Part shown: positions 1 through 10,834 of the stretch, one piece after another
How positions within the stretch are numbered: position 1 is the stretch's first letter
Layout of the letters: the number at the start of each line of letters is the position of its first letter
Assembly: GCA_963743585.1 (NCBI GenBank)
Contig: CAVUQI010000001.1
Coordinates: 500,476 to 564,475 of the forward strand
DNA from: an uncultured Acidobacteriaceae bacterium
GTDB lineage: Bacteria; Acidobacteriota; Terriglobia; Terriglobales; Acidobacteriaceae
Length of the DNA: 64,000 nucleotides
Reading direction: 5' to 3'
Made by a program: the position numbers and the translations under genes
The notes under the pieces: model-generated
Told to the model about the DNA's origin: nothing
What the model saw: the letters and a program-made list of their open reading frames with translations, nothing else
Databases searched by the model: none

Positions 1-97
1 CAACTCCACCGCAGCCCACGTAATTTCAAACTTCTCCCTGATAAATTGCCTGAACAGGACGGTCACACCAACTTTGCCGCAACTATTTGGAGCTCGC

Positions 98-1612
98 ATG
101 CAGTACCGCTCGTTAAGACTGATCGTCGCAATTTCAATTCTCACTGCATTCGCCGCGGCGCAAGATGTGGCTTCGTTTGAGAAGCGCGTCACAGTGAGAA
201 AATTGGCGAACGGGCTGACGATCGTCATTTGTGAGCGTCACGAGGCGCCTGTGTTTTCCTTCTTCACTCTGGTCGATGCCGGCTCGGCGCAAGATCCGAT
301 GGAGAAGACTGGCCTGGCGCACATGTTCGAGCACATGGCGTTCAAAGGCACAGAGACCATTGGCACAACCAATTATCCGGCTGAGAAAATCGCGCTGCGA
401 AAAGTCGAGCAGGCCTATGCCGCGTATCTTGCCGAGCGCGACAAACGAGTGGGCCGCGATGAAGCCAAGCTCAAGCAATTGGAAAAAGCCTGGAAAGACG
501 AGATCGCCGCCGCGGACAAATATGTGGTTCCGAATCAGTTTGGAAAAATTATCGAACAAAGCGGCGGGCAGGATCTCAATGCCTTCACCGATTACGATGA
601 AACCGCCTATCACTACTCATTACCGGCGAACCGGCTGGAGCTGTGGGCGTATCTTGAATCGGAGCGCTTTCTTCATCCGGTGCTGCGCGAATTCTACAAA
701 GAGCGCAATGTGGTCATCGAAGAACGCCGCATGCGTACCGATAGCTATCCGATCGGCCGCCTGCTTGAGCAATTTGGCGCCGCCGCTTTCGAGGCCCATC
801 CCTACCATCGCCCAACTGTGGGCTGGATGTCAGACTTGAATTCCTTTTCCGCAACCGACGCAGAAAAGTTTTTTCATGAATACTACGTGCCCGCGAACAT
901 GGTCGTGGCCATCGCTGGGGATCTGAAAGCTTCTGAGGCGATGCCGATCCTTGAAAAATATTTTGGACGCCTGCCGCCGAGCCATAAGCCCGATGAGACC
1001 ACCACGGTCGAGCCTGCTCAAAACGCCGAGCGCAGGGTTGAACTCAAAGAACAAACTCAGCCGCTCTATCTCGAGGGCTACCATCGCCCCGATTACCTTT
1101 CGAAAGATGACGCGGTGTACGACGCAATCACTGATCTCATGTCAGAAGGACGCACCTCGCGGCTTTACCGCGCGCTGGTGCGCGACAAAAAGATTGCATC
1201 GTCGGCCGCCGGATTCACCGGCCTGCCGGGAATCAAGTATCCGCACCTGTTCGCGTTTTATGCATTCCCCTTGCCCGGTCACACAACCCGGGAAGTTGCC
1301 GACGCAATCCATGCCGAAATCGAGCGTTTGAAGACGCAAGACATCAGTGACGACGAATTGAAGATGATCAAGACGCGCGCCAAAGCCAATCTGATTCGCG
1401 GCTTGGACGACAATGAAGGACTGGCCACGCAGCTCGCCACGTACCAGACCCGTTACGGCGACTGGCGAGAATTATTTCGCTCTGTCGATCGCATCGAAAA
1501 CGTGAACAAGGCCGATATTCGCCGCGTGGCCAACGAGACTTTTCTCGACACGAATCGCACTGTCGGCGTAATCGAAACGGTCGCGGGACCGGGTCGCGGA
1601 GGTGCGCGATGA
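98..1612 (+). CDS. M16 family zinc metallopeptidase (insulinase/pitrilysin-like), catalytic-type subunit
   Basis: ORF 74..1612. The HxxEH zinc motif is present as HMFEH. Probable true start is ATG 98 (GGAG 6 nt upstream), giving the signal-peptide-like MQYRSLRLIVAISILTAFAAAQD. Confidence 0.85.
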   Translation: MQYRSLRLIVAISILTAFAAAQDVASFEKRVTVRKLANGLTIVICERHEAPVFSFFTLVDAGSAQDPMEKTGLAHMFEHMAFKGTETIGTTNYPAEKIALRKVEQAYAAYLAERDKRVGRDEAKLKQLEKAWKDEIAAADKYVVPNQFGKIIEQSGGQDLNAFTDYDETAYHYSLPANRLELWAYLESERFLHPVLREFYKERNVVIEERRMRTDSYPIGRLLEQFGAAAFEAHPYHRPTVGWMSDLNSFSATDAEKFFHEYYVPANMVVAIAGDLKASEAMPILEKYFGRLPPSHKPDETTTVEPAQNAERRVELKEQTQPLYLEGYHRPDYLSKDDAVYDAITDLMSEGRTSRLYRALVRDKKIASSAAGFTGLPGIKYPHLFAFYAFPLPGHTTREVADAIHAEIERLKTQDISDDELKMIKTRAKANLIRGLDDNEGLATQLATYQTRYGDWRELFRSVDRIENVNKADIRRVANETFLDTNRTVGVIETVAGPGRGGAR

Positions 1613-3082
1613 GGCGGTGCGCAATGAAAATGAAGCTGATGCGATCTTTAATCGCAATCTCGCTGTTTGCTGTCTTCTGCTTTGAGATATTTCCGGCAGC
1701 GTTCGGCCAGGAAAGGAGCTGGCAGCAAATTCCTACGCCTCCGCTGCCCGCGTTTCATCCTGCGCAGCCGAAACGGATCGAACTCTCGAATGGCATGGTA
1801 ATTTTTCTGCAGGAAGACCACGAACTGCCCCTGATCAACGGCTCGGCTCGAATCCGGGGCGGCACGCGCGATGAGCCGGCCTCGAAGGCCGGCCTGGCGA
1901 ATATCTTCGGCAAAGTCTGGCGAACCGGCGGGGCACAAGGCGCAAACTGGAGATCAGCTCGATGACTTTCTCGAAGTCCGCGCCGCAAAAGTGGAAACCA
2001 GCGACGGACCGGACTCAACTTCAATCAGCTTGTCATGCCTGAAAGGAGACTTCGACGAGGTCTTCCAGGTTTTCGCCGACTTGCTGCAAAACCCCGAGTT
2101 CCGCCTTGACAAGCTGGACCTCGCGCAGAAACAAGCCAACGCCGCCATTTCCCGCCGTAACGACAACATCGGCCAAATCGCCCAGCGCGAATCTGAAGAG
2201 CTGGCCTATGGAGTAAACAATCCCTACGCCCGCCAGCCTGAATACGCCACCATTGCCGCCATTACTCGCCAGGATTTGCTCGACTGGCACCACAAGTACG
2301 TGCAGCCCAATCACATCATTCTGGGGCTCAGCGGAGATTTTGATTCGGCCGCAATGGAGGCCAAGCTGCGCGCGGCGTTCGACTCCTGGCCCAAAGGAGA
2401 CGACCTACCGAAAACTGAGGTCAGCTACGATCCCGCCAAGCCCGGCTTCTACGAGATCTCGAAAGAGGATGTAAATCAAACCAGCATTCAAATGATCGGC
2501 CTCGGCACCACGCGCAACAATCCCGACTACTACGCGATTGCGGTCTTCAACGAGGCGTTCGGCGGAGGATTTTCATCGCGGCTATTCAACGATATTCGTA
2601 CCAAACGTGGCCTGGCGTACGCCGTAGGCGGCGGTATTGGCGCGAATTTCGGCCATCCGGGAATTTTAAATTTCGTCGCCGCCACCAAAAGCCAGAGCAC
2701 CGTTGAAACCATCAAGGCGCTCGATGAGGCCATCGACAATTTGAATCAACATGCAATCACTGAAGACGAGATCAAACACGCCAAAGAAGCGATTCTAAAC
2801 GCGTTCATTTTCCGGCTCGACTCGCCCGATAAAGTGCTCGCCGAAAGGACGACCTATGAGCTTTATGGTTATCCGGCCGATTGGCTCGATAAGCTACCCG
2901 CGGAAATTCAGAAGGTGACTGCGGCTGATGTGAACCGCGTGGCGGAGAAGTATGTGCACCGCGACCGGCTGGCCGTGTTGGTAATCGGCAACACCAGGCA
3001 GTTCGATCAGCCTCTAGCTTCGCTCGGGGCAGTCAGAGAAATCGACATCACGATTCCTCCGCCAGCTCCCGCCTCGAAATAA
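1609..3082 (+). pseudogene. M16 family peptidase, non-catalytic partner type; reading frame broken by an extra nucleotide
   Basis: ORFs 1609..1965 and 1871..3082 read as one M16 protein (...GLANIFGKVWRTGG | HKAQTGDQLDDFLEVRAAKVETS...). The frames join if one G of the GGGG run at 1930..1933 is skipped, and total length is 3n+1. ATGA start/stop overlap with the upstream M16 gene. No HxxEH motif. Confidence 0.75.
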
Positions 3083-3094
3083 CAAGCGCACATG

Positions 3095-3137
3095 AAATAA
3101 AAAACCGTCGCGGCAAAGTGGACCATCTCCGCGACGG
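3095..3137 (-). terminator. Rho-independent terminator candidate for the PEP-CTERM gene
   Basis: 9-bp stem CCGTCGCGG/CCGCGACGG (3105..3113 and 3129..3137), followed on the minus strand by TTTTTTATTT. Confidence 0.5.
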
Positions 3138-3170
3138 GCTCATTCGCTGCTGCTTCAGGCTTGCGAACTC

Positions 3171-3818
3171 TTAGGCCCTGACGATTTTCCGGCGCGCGAT
3201 TCCAGCCAGATAAATCAAACCGGTACCGAACAGGACCAGCGATGTCGGCTCCGGAACTGGAGAGTATCCAATGTATTCCTGCGCCGTGCCGCCCCAGCTC
3301 TGCGTTCCCGGGATCGGCGTATAGAGATACAGTCCATTAAACGCGCTGTTCTTGGCGGTGCCGGCCATGGCGAGATATTCCGTTTCAATGGCTGCGGCTC
3401 CGCTACTCTGAAAGTATGAATTATTCTGCGCATTGGTGGAGAACAATCCCCAAATCGCAAAGTTGCCCGCGTTCACGTTCACCGTGCCGCTCAGAATGCT
3501 CTTGAAGATCAGTCCCGCAGCCTTGTAGTCGAGCAATTGATTGCCAAATAGTCCCTTGCCGCTCAGCAGGCTGCTTACAGTGGCTTGCCAGGTCTCGCCC
3601 ACTACAACTTCATTGTCGTAAGAGTCACAGATCAGCGCCACCGGCTTAGCGCCATTGATCGAGAAATAGTATGGATAGGTGTACACGCCGCCGGCATTGT
3701 TCCCGCCGACGCTGGTGAGCTGCATGGTTACGTTTGAGTTGGCCAGAGCCGTACCGGTGCAGAGAAACATCGCGGCCAGAATGGTGAGAGAAGATACAGC
3801 AAGACGAAGTTGACGCAT
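3171..3818 (-). CDS. PEP-CTERM sorting-domain secreted protein
   Basis: C-terminus VPEPTSLVLFGTGLIYLAGIARRKIVRA (PEP motif, TM helix, basic tail). Internal ATG at 3818 gives the signal peptide MRQLRLAVSSLTILAAMFLCTGTALA. Confidence 0.8.
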   Translation of the reverse strand: MRQLRLAVSSLTILAAMFLCTGTALANSNVTMQLTSVGGNNAGGVYTYPYYFSINGAKPVALICDSYDNEVVVGETWQATVSSLLSGKGLFGNQLLDYKAAGLIFKSILSGTVNVNAGNFAIWGLFSTNAQNNSYFQSSGAAAIETEYLAMAGTAKNSAFNGLYLYTPIPGTQSWGGTAQEYIGYSPVPEPTSLVLFGTGLIYLAGIARRKIVRA

Positions 3819-4187
3819 TTCTTTTAACGCCTCCAGCGAATGGTTCAGTCGGTTGCGCTCACGAGAGCCGGTTACTCCACACTGAAGTAACTTCACCCAG
3901 GCCAGATACCGCATTCGGCGGGGTTCCTGGCGAAGCTTAGTGAGTCCGGCGTTTCGCTCGCTCGTCTCTATAAGAGCAGCAGGGTAGCCAAATGACGGCG
4001 CAATCGAATCTTTGATTTGGGTCTCGTCAGATCGGGTGCGATGAAAGTGTTTTCACATGCTGGAAGGAAAGTGAATGTTTGCCCTGCGGCTTGGTCATCC
4101 CCTAAAAGTAACGTGGGTAATCATCGAGGGTAACCTTTTTCGAAGAACGCGGCAGATTTCATTGCGGCCGCTTCAGTCGAGAAGTGC

Positions 4188-5097
4188 TTATGACTGTCGC
4201 GGAACCAATGATTCGAAAGGAGGGATCGAGAACGACGCGGTAAAGGCATGTTCCGGCGGCTGAGTTCCGTCATGGTTAGCTTTTGCGAGAATCTCCATCG
4301 CCTGTCCCGTGAGCGGTGGGATGTGAATCGTTGCCGTGAGCCATTTTTCGCGTACCCAGGCCTGACCCGTGCCCGGCTGACCATCACATCCGGTAAACGG
4401 TAAACTCAGCCATTGCGAACGCTCGGGTCCATTGGCAAGCTCCTGAAAAGCTTTCCGAGCGCCCAGGGCCATCGAGTCATCCTGCGCACTGACCAGGCTA
4501 ATTGACGCGCTTTGTGAGGTGGCCATTTTCAGCCAGGAACGCACCGCCCTCAAGGCACTTTCTTCTGTCCAGTGTGCCTTGAGAATCTTCACTTCAATAT
4601 TCGAGGGTTTCGTCTCCAGCATCCCGGACTCGCGTTCCTGGGCCGAGGAACTCTGTGAAGGTGCCTTCAATGTACAAAACCGAGCCGCCTCGGGGCAACA
4701 ACGCCGCGAATTGTCTTCCTTGAATGCGTCCAATCTCCAGGTGATTGGAGCTAATAGCAAACATAGGCGCGGCTGCGCCCGTGCGCAGATCCGACAGGTA
4801 ATCCGGCCTGCGGTTCAGGACCGCCCAACCGATTCCTGCAGCACTGGCGGCCCGGGCCACCTGCGGAAGGGCCGTACCGCCAAACGGTTCTACCACAATC
4901 GCATCGGGTCGGGACTCGACTGGGCTTTGGATTGCTTTTAGGAGTTGCGTGCTCTGATTCACGGCATCGTTATCGGCGAACATTATCTCCACATCGCTCC
5001 CCAGCTTTTGCGCGGTCTTTTCCGCGGTCTGGGCTTGGGCCGCTTGGAAATCGTTCTCTCGGGTATGAAGAGACACCAAGAATCGGAGCTTTTTCAT
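4188..5097 (-). pseudogene. Periplasmic-binding-protein fold (RbsB/LacI-type) sugar-binding domain protein, frameshifted
   Basis: ORFs 4594..5280 and 4188..4760 join as ...GGSVLYIEG | PSQSSSAQERESGMLETKPSNIEVKILKAHWTEESA... Junction near 4660..4663; length 3n+1. Start ATG 5097 (MKKLRFLVSLHTRENDFQ), with no obvious signal peptide. Confidence 0.65.
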
Positions 5098-5359
5098 CAC
5101 TTCGGAAGTGTACCTGTACCGAGGCATCCATGAAACACTTCTAACAATTCGAGGGGGACGAGCTACTCGCCCCCGGTGGCGCACGCGATAATCGGCTTGG
5201 GGCTTCGCCGTGCTGAGTGAATACCCTTGATCCGTTCGTTTTCCTGCGGCCTCCCAACGACCGGGTGCAGGAGTTTCCACTCTAATTAATTACCCCCAGG
5301 GGAGCGTTGACCGGGGGTGTCCAGTATCGTAATATAGGCGAACATAAGGCGAATATTCC

Positions 5360-6373
5360 ATGGCTTCCCTGCCCCTGTTTCCCGCGTCAAAAAAGCCCGA
5401 CCTCGTCGGCATCGCCCGTCTGGCGGCCGAGGGAGAATCGATTCGCGAGGGCCACAACGTGGAGTATTTCACGCTGCCGTCGCGCTCCCTGCTGAACCGC
5501 TGCGTCAGCAATCGCAATCTGCCCTTTACCTGGACCATCAATCCCTATCGCGGGTGCGAATTCGGTTGTCGTTACTGCTACGCCCGCTACACTCACGAAT
5601 TCATGGAAATGCGCGACGGGATGGAGTTCGAGCAAAAGATCTATGTCAAGCAACAAGCCGCCGGTCTGCTGCGCCGGGACCTGCGGCGAGTGAAAGCTGG
5701 AGAGTCGATCGCTTTGGGCACCGCAACCGATCCTTACCAGCCGGCCGAGCGCCGCTACGAAATCACACGCGGCATTCTCGAAGAATTTGCACGCCATCGC
5801 GGATTCGAGTTGGGAATCGTAACCAAATCCAATTTAATCGTGCGCGATCTGGATCTTCTGCTCGAGGTTTCGCAGAATAATTCCTTGTCGGTTCACATCA
5901 CGGTAACCACTTTAGATGCCGATCTGGCGCGTATTCTTGAACCGCGGGCGCCACGTCCTGACCTGCGCATCGATGCGGTTCGGCAACTCAGCCAAGTGGG
6001 AATCACGGTAGGCGTAAGCTGCTCACCGGTCTTGCCAGGTATCACGGATTCACCCGCGAACCTTGAGGCTGTCGTGCGCGCCGCAGCCGAAGCCGGAGCA
6101 ACCCATGTTTTCGCCGGGCCGTTATTTCTGAAGCCGTGTTCGGCAGCGGTCTTTCTGCCTTTTCTTGAACAGCACTTCCCGCACCTGGTTGACAACTACC
6201 GCCAGCGTTACCAAAACCGCTCGTTCCTGCCAGCCGCCTACGGTAAAGGGATTGCAGAATTGATTGCGCGATTCCGGAAGAAACATGGAATGCAGCGCGC
6301 CACTGCGCGCCGCGAGGAGTTCGCCGAGAAGTGGCCGGCAGCCTTATCCGAGGAACAACTTCCGCTTTTTTAA
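5360..6373 (+). CDS. Radical SAM protein (PA0069/SplB-like, COG1533 type)
   Basis: CxxxCxxC cluster in NPYRGCEFGCRYCYARYTHEF; length and layout are typical of the family. Confidence 0.85.
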   Translation: MASLPLFPASKKPDLVGIARLAAEGESIREGHNVEYFTLPSRSLLNRCVSNRNLPFTWTINPYRGCEFGCRYCYARYTHEFMEMRDGMEFEQKIYVKQQAAGLLRRDLRRVKAGESIALGTATDPYQPAERRYEITRGILEEFARHRGFELGIVTKSNLIVRDLDLLLEVSQNNSLSVHITVTTLDADLARILEPRAPRPDLRIDAVRQLSQVGITVGVSCSPVLPGITDSPANLEAVVRAAAEAGATHVFAGPLFLKPCSAAVFLPFLEQHFPHLVDNYRQRYQNRSFLPAAYGKGIAELIARFRKKHGMQRATARREEFAEKWPAALSEEQLPLF

Positions 6374-6520
6374 AAATTGTCGATCTTTTGTTTCTTATCA
6401 TTTCTTGTTTCTAATTTTCTTGTCTCTTTCACTGTCGGTTTCCGTTTTCCGCCACACTCAGCATCATGCCGCCTGAACTCCAGCCGTGAGCGCACATTCC
6501 TCTATAATCACTTCACTCGC

Positions 6521-7702
6521 ATGGCAACAACTCCTCCATCGTCGCAAGTCACAGTTCACGAACACATTTCGTGGCGAGTGCGCTGGCAACTTTTCTGGCG
6601 GCGGGTGACGGAAGGGATGGAACTGACCCAGCTCTGGTCGCAGTTCGAAACCGAAGCGCGGGCCAGCTACCGGCTGTACTCACGCGACGTCGCGGCTAAA
6701 ACCCCCGAAGGTCTCACTCGCAAGGGCCGCCATCTGCATGTGGCCAAGGAGTTCTTCTGGGCGGTGCTCGAAAAACTCTCGCCGGCGCGGCGCGTGCTTT
6801 TGCTGGTGGCCCTGATCCTGCTGGTGTTTCCCAGCGGCGGATTCAGCTACGGCTCGGGCAACAACCTGCACGTCGTTGAATTAGATTTCCATTTCTGGGG
6901 CGGCTTGCTGTTGTTCCTTCTTCTTATGCTGGAGATTGCAGACCGCGTAGTGATGAAGCGCGATCTGCAGATTGCCCGCGAGATTCAAACCTGGCTTCTG
7001 CCCGGAGTTCCACCGCAAATTCCCGGACTAGCGATCGCCTACGCCAGCCGCCCCGCCAACACTGTCGCCGGAGATTATTACGACGTATTTCCCCGCCCCG
7101 GCAAGACCAACGAAGATAATCGTGTCATCTTCGCTGTGGCCGACGTAGCCGGCAAGAGCATTCCTGCCGCGATGCTCATGGCGACATTTCAAGCCAGCCT
7201 CAAAACACTTTCCACCGCTCAGGTGCCGTTGCCCGAACTCGTCGCCAACATGAACAAATATGCCTGCTCCAACAGCCAGGGTGGATCGCGCTTCACCACC
7301 GCCTTTTTGGCGGAGTACGATGCTGCGCGCCGCGTGTTCACCTACATCAATGCCGGCCACAACAATCCCATTCTCCGTCGCGCTTCTGGATCGGTCGAGC
7401 ACCTCGACGTCGGCGGTGTGCCGCTCGGTATTCTGCCGGCAGCGAACTACGAATCGGCAACCGTTACGCTCGCGCCCGGCGATTGGCTGATTATTTTTAC
7501 CGACGGTCTGGTGGAAGCGGAAAACGCGCGCCAGGAAGAGTACGAGGAATCGCGGGTCCTTAGCCTGCTGGCCGCCAACGCCGACGCCACTCCGAAAGAA
7601 ATGCTCGACCGCATGATGGCAAGTCTTGATTTGTTCGTCGGTTCTACGCCGCAACATGACGATGTCACCTGCTTGCTGATCAAAGCCGAGGCCACGGCCT
7701 AG
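6521..7702 (+). CDS. PP2C-family (SpoIIE/RsbU-like) serine phosphatase with N-terminal membrane segment
   Basis: Motifs GDYYDVF, AVADVAGKSIPAAMLMA, FTDGLVEAEN, QHDDVTCLLIK. ATG 6521 chosen because the preceding ORF stretch is low-complexity. Confidence 0.85.
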   Translation: MATTPPSSQVTVHEHISWRVRWQLFWRRVTEGMELTQLWSQFETEARASYRLYSRDVAAKTPEGLTRKGRHLHVAKEFFWAVLEKLSPARRVLLLVALILLVFPSGGFSYGSGNNLHVVELDFHFWGGLLLFLLLMLEIADRVVMKRDLQIAREIQTWLLPGVPPQIPGLAIAYASRPANTVAGDYYDVFPRPGKTNEDNRVIFAVADVAGKSIPAAMLMATFQASLKTLSTAQVPLPELVANMNKYACSNSQGGSRFTTAFLAEYDAARRVFTYINAGHNNPILRRASGSVEHLDVGGVPLGILPAANYESATVTLAPGDWLIIFTDGLVEAENARQEEYEESRVLSLLAANADATPKEMLDRMMASLDLFVGSTPQHDDVTCLLIKAEATA

Positions 7703-7734
7703 GGCAAGACTGATGCGGTCACGGCTTGACGTGA

Positions 7735-8844
7735 TCACGTCTGAACGTCACCATGCAGTGTCATTGCTTTCGCATACATGCGATGGAACGCATGCACTCC
7801 TTTTTCCTGCCTCACGCTGAATCGTCCCCGCGAATAACTGCGCGAATGAAGGTTCTTCTGCACGGTTTCGCAGATCGCAACATCTTCGATCTGAATCTGG
7901 TGGCTGAACTCGACCGAGGCTTTCGCCGCCGGGCTGCCATGATCTTTCTCCGGCAGGTACCATTCAAAGATCGCGAGCGATCGTTCCGCCGAGAGCGGCA
8001 AGACAACGTTTAGCGAAATATTGTCGGGATAACAGTTCAGCATCCAGTTAGGAAAAATCCAAAAATAATCCGTCGTGAGATCCTCGCCTGCTTCCTGATA
8101 GCGGCGCGGAGTAGCGTCTCCCGGCTGCGCGCCGCGGATCGGGCTGAACTGCCGCACGTATTCGGCATGCGGCTCAACCGTGTACGCGTTGTAATCGAGT
8201 TCGCGGTTCAGTCCCGGATGCACGCTGGGCAGATGATAGCCTTCGAGATAGTTGTCCACGTACGCCTTCCAGTTACATTTCATCTCGTAGGTTCGCCGCT
8301 CAAACAACTTCATGGCGGCAAAAGGAAACTTCTCCACCTGCCGCGGCAGTTCATCCAGGCATTCGCGAAGAGGCCGCGCCTCGCGATCAAGATTTACAAA
8401 GACGAAGTTGAACCACTCCTCTACTCGCACCGGCGCCAGCGCAAAATCTTCCGCGCGAAATCCTTCGACGCCCTCAATTTCTGTCGCGCTGATTAATGAT
8501 CCATCGAGATCGTAAGTCCATCCATGGTAGCCGCAACGAAATAGTTTTCTTGACCCGCAGCCTTCCGCGGCCGGCCCGGCGCGGTGCCGGCAGACGTTAT
8601 AAAAAGCGCGGAGCTTGCCGTCTACGCCTCGAACCACCAGCAGCGGTTCGCCGATTAGTTCCGTCGTAAAGTAATCGCCGGCATTCTTCACCTGATCGCG
8701 ATGCCCGACCACTTGCCAGGTGCATGAAAAAATCCTCTCCTTCTCAACCGCGTATACATCAGGGTCGTAATAAAGATGAGCAGGAAGAGTCCATGCGCGG
8801 GAGATCGCTGGGTCGATATTCAGTGATTCGGGAGAAGTCGGCAT
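7735..8844 (-). CDS. Rieske [2Fe-2S] aromatic ring-hydroxylating oxygenase alpha subunit
   Basis: Rieske motif CRHRAGP...CGYHGWTY; C-terminal catalytic-domain-like region. Confidence 0.85.
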   Translation of the reverse strand: MPTSPESLNIDPAISRAWTLPAHLYYDPDVYAVEKERIFSCTWQVVGHRDQVKNAGDYFTTELIGEPLLVVRGVDGKLRAFYNVCRHRAGPAAEGCGSRKLFRCGYHGWTYDLDGSLISATEIEGVEGFRAEDFALAPVRVEEWFNFVFVNLDREARPLRECLDELPRQVEKFPFAAMKLFERRTYEMKCNWKAYVDNYLEGYHLPSVHPGLNRELDYNAYTVEPHAEYVRQFSPIRGAQPGDATPRRYQEAGEDLTTDYFWIFPNWMLNCYPDNISLNVVLPLSAERSLAIFEWYLPEKDHGSPAAKASVEFSHQIQIEDVAICETVQKNLHSRSYSRGRFSVRQEKGVHAFHRMYAKAMTLHGDVQT

Positions 8845-8927
8845 GAGAAAGCAGGAAGCAGCAACATTGTAATCCGCGAAAGCAGGGCGGTGCCTTGGTT
8901 TGGAGATTTAGCGGACTCAGAAGAACT

Positions 8928-10823
8928 CTAATCGTTCGGGATTCCGCTGGTGTCGAGGATCATCGCAGCCGAGCGCCGCGCCTGAGAAATATCGCGAGAA
9001 ATATGCTCCGCCTGCATCTCCGCATCGGCCGCTGCGGAAATGTTCCCGGCCTTGCGCAAGGTGTGAGCCAGCAGCAGGTAGGCCACGTCGCTGGGCTGCA
9101 TCTTCACGGCACGCGAAATCTCCGACACGGCCAATGCATTATCAGCATCTCGCTCGGCCAGCAAGCCGCTGCCTACCAGCGCGACCGGATTATCGGGATT
9201 CTGTTGCAAGGCATCGCTGTAGGCCATTCTCGCATGGGCAACATCGTCGCTTTGCATAAACGCAGAACCCAGCACTGCGAGCGCTTTGGCGCGCGAAGCA
9301 TTGTCCTGCGCCGTATCGACCGCCTGTTTCAATTGCGCAATCGAATCTTGCACGCGTCCATGCGCCAGCTCGTACAAAGCGATGGAAACCGTCTCGGAGG
9401 ATGGATAAGTGGCGAGCGCCCCGGCGGCTTTGTACTCCGCAATGGCGTCATCGGTCCGGTTCTCGTTGGCCAACACACGGGCCAGGCTGTCATGCGCCGT
9501 ATAGTTTTTCTCGGTAACGGCGAGTGCGTGCCTCCACAGCGTTTCGCTGTCATGCCAGTAACCGATCTGCCGGTAAGTCAGCATCCCCAGCGCCGCCAAA
9601 ATCGCCAATGCCGGCGCAACCAACCAAGGCTCCGATATTTTCCAGCGCTGCGCCAAGTCTACCGCTCCCCATGCTACGCATATGAACAACCCTATGAAAG
9701 ACAGGTAGGCGTATCGATCTGCCATGGCTTGTACGCCAACCTGCACCAGGCCAATCACCGGAACGAGCGTCCCTAGAAACCAGAACCAGCCAACCGGCAG
9801 GTAACGGTGCTCCCGCCAGCGCAAAACCAACAGGGTCAGTGTGACGAGCAGAACGGTCGATGCAACGACCTCCCACGCCGGAAGCAAACGTCCGGGGTGC
9901 GGATACAACACCGCCAGCCGGCTCGGCCAGAAAGCTTTTCCCAGATAGCGAACATACGCGACCACCGCGTTCCCGAGCCGCATGGTCATCGATAGTCCGC
10001 GTACCGCGTGACCCGCTTCCTGAGCAACCAGCGTGATCACCGCGCTCCCGATGCAGAGCAGAAACAGAGGAACTTTCTCGAGCACAAGGAAAGAGAAAGG
10101 CCGCTCGCCAAGGTCAGATCTCCGCGCGACGGTGACAGACTTGCGCAAACGCCGCAGCGGCCAATAATCCCAAAGCAAGAGAACAAATGGCAGCGTGATC
10201 ACCTCCGGCTTCGCCATCAGTGCCAGCGCAAAAAGGCCGGCAACCGGCAGGTATCGCCCAACGCTTACCTTGCGAACATAGCGCTGATAGGCATGCAGCG
10301 TCAGCAGGAAGAAAAACATGCTGAGCACATTCTTGCGCTCCGCGACCCAGGCCACCGACTCCACATTAATAGGATGGAGTGCAAACAGAGCTGCGACCAT
10401 CAGGCTCGGCCAGGTGGCGCCGGTAGCGATCTCTAAGAGAAGGAACAGCAAGACCACATTGGCCGCATGGAACAAAACATTTACGTAGTGATAACCCGCA
10501 GGATTCAGCTTGAAAAGTTGATAGTCGAGAGCATGAGAGAGCCAGGTAATCGGGTGCCAGTTGGCGGCGTCACGGCTGGTGAAGGCCCAAGCTACGGTTT
10601 CCCACGTCAGCCCGCCACGAATGTGCGGGTTGTCGGTGATGTAAGTATTGTCATCAAAATTGGTGAATCCGTTGTGCGCGGCGGCGTTGTAGACGGCCAG
10701 CGTGGCCAGAACCAGCAGCAGGCATAAAATCAAGCTTCGTTTCTCGCGAAGATCGCGCGAGGCCCCGGGCGGTCCGGAAGCCCGAACAGGTCCTGTAGCT
10801 TTGGCAAGTGTTGTCGAAGGCAA
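8928..10823 (-). CDS. Polytopic membrane protein with C-terminal TPR repeats (TMTC/DUF1736-like putative glycosyltransferase)
   Basis: About 10 hydrophobic helices. NFDDNTYITDNPHIRGG motif near the N-terminus; TPR-like C-terminal 200 aa. TTG start, no in-frame ATG nearby. Confidence 0.7.
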   Translation of the reverse strand: MPSTTLAKATGPVRASGPPGASRDLREKRSLILCLLLVLATLAVYNAAAHNGFTNFDDNTYITDNPHIRGGLTWETVAWAFTSRDAANWHPITWLSHALDYQLFKLNPAGYHYVNVLFHAANVVLLFLLLEIATGATWPSLMVAALFALHPINVESVAWVAERKNVLSMFFFLLTLHAYQRYVRKVSVGRYLPVAGLFALALMAKPEVITLPFVLLLWDYWPLRRLRKSVTVARRSDLGERPFSFLVLEKVPLFLLCIGSAVITLVAQEAGHAVRGLSMTMRLGNAVVAYVRYLGKAFWPSRLAVLYPHPGRLLPAWEVVASTVLLVTLTLLVLRWREHRYLPVGWFWFLGTLVPVIGLVQVGVQAMADRYAYLSFIGLFICVAWGAVDLAQRWKISEPWLVAPALAILAALGMLTYRQIGYWHDSETLWRHALAVTEKNYTAHDSLARVLANENRTDDAIAEYKAAGALATYPSSETVSIALYELAHGRVQDSIAQLKQAVDTAQDNASRAKALAVLGSAFMQSDDVAHARMAYSDALQQNPDNPVALVGSGLLAERDADNALAVSEISRAVKMQPSDVAYLLLAHTLRKAGNISAAADAEMQAEHISRDISQARRSAAMILDTSGIPND

Positions 10824-10834
10824 AAATCGATCCT

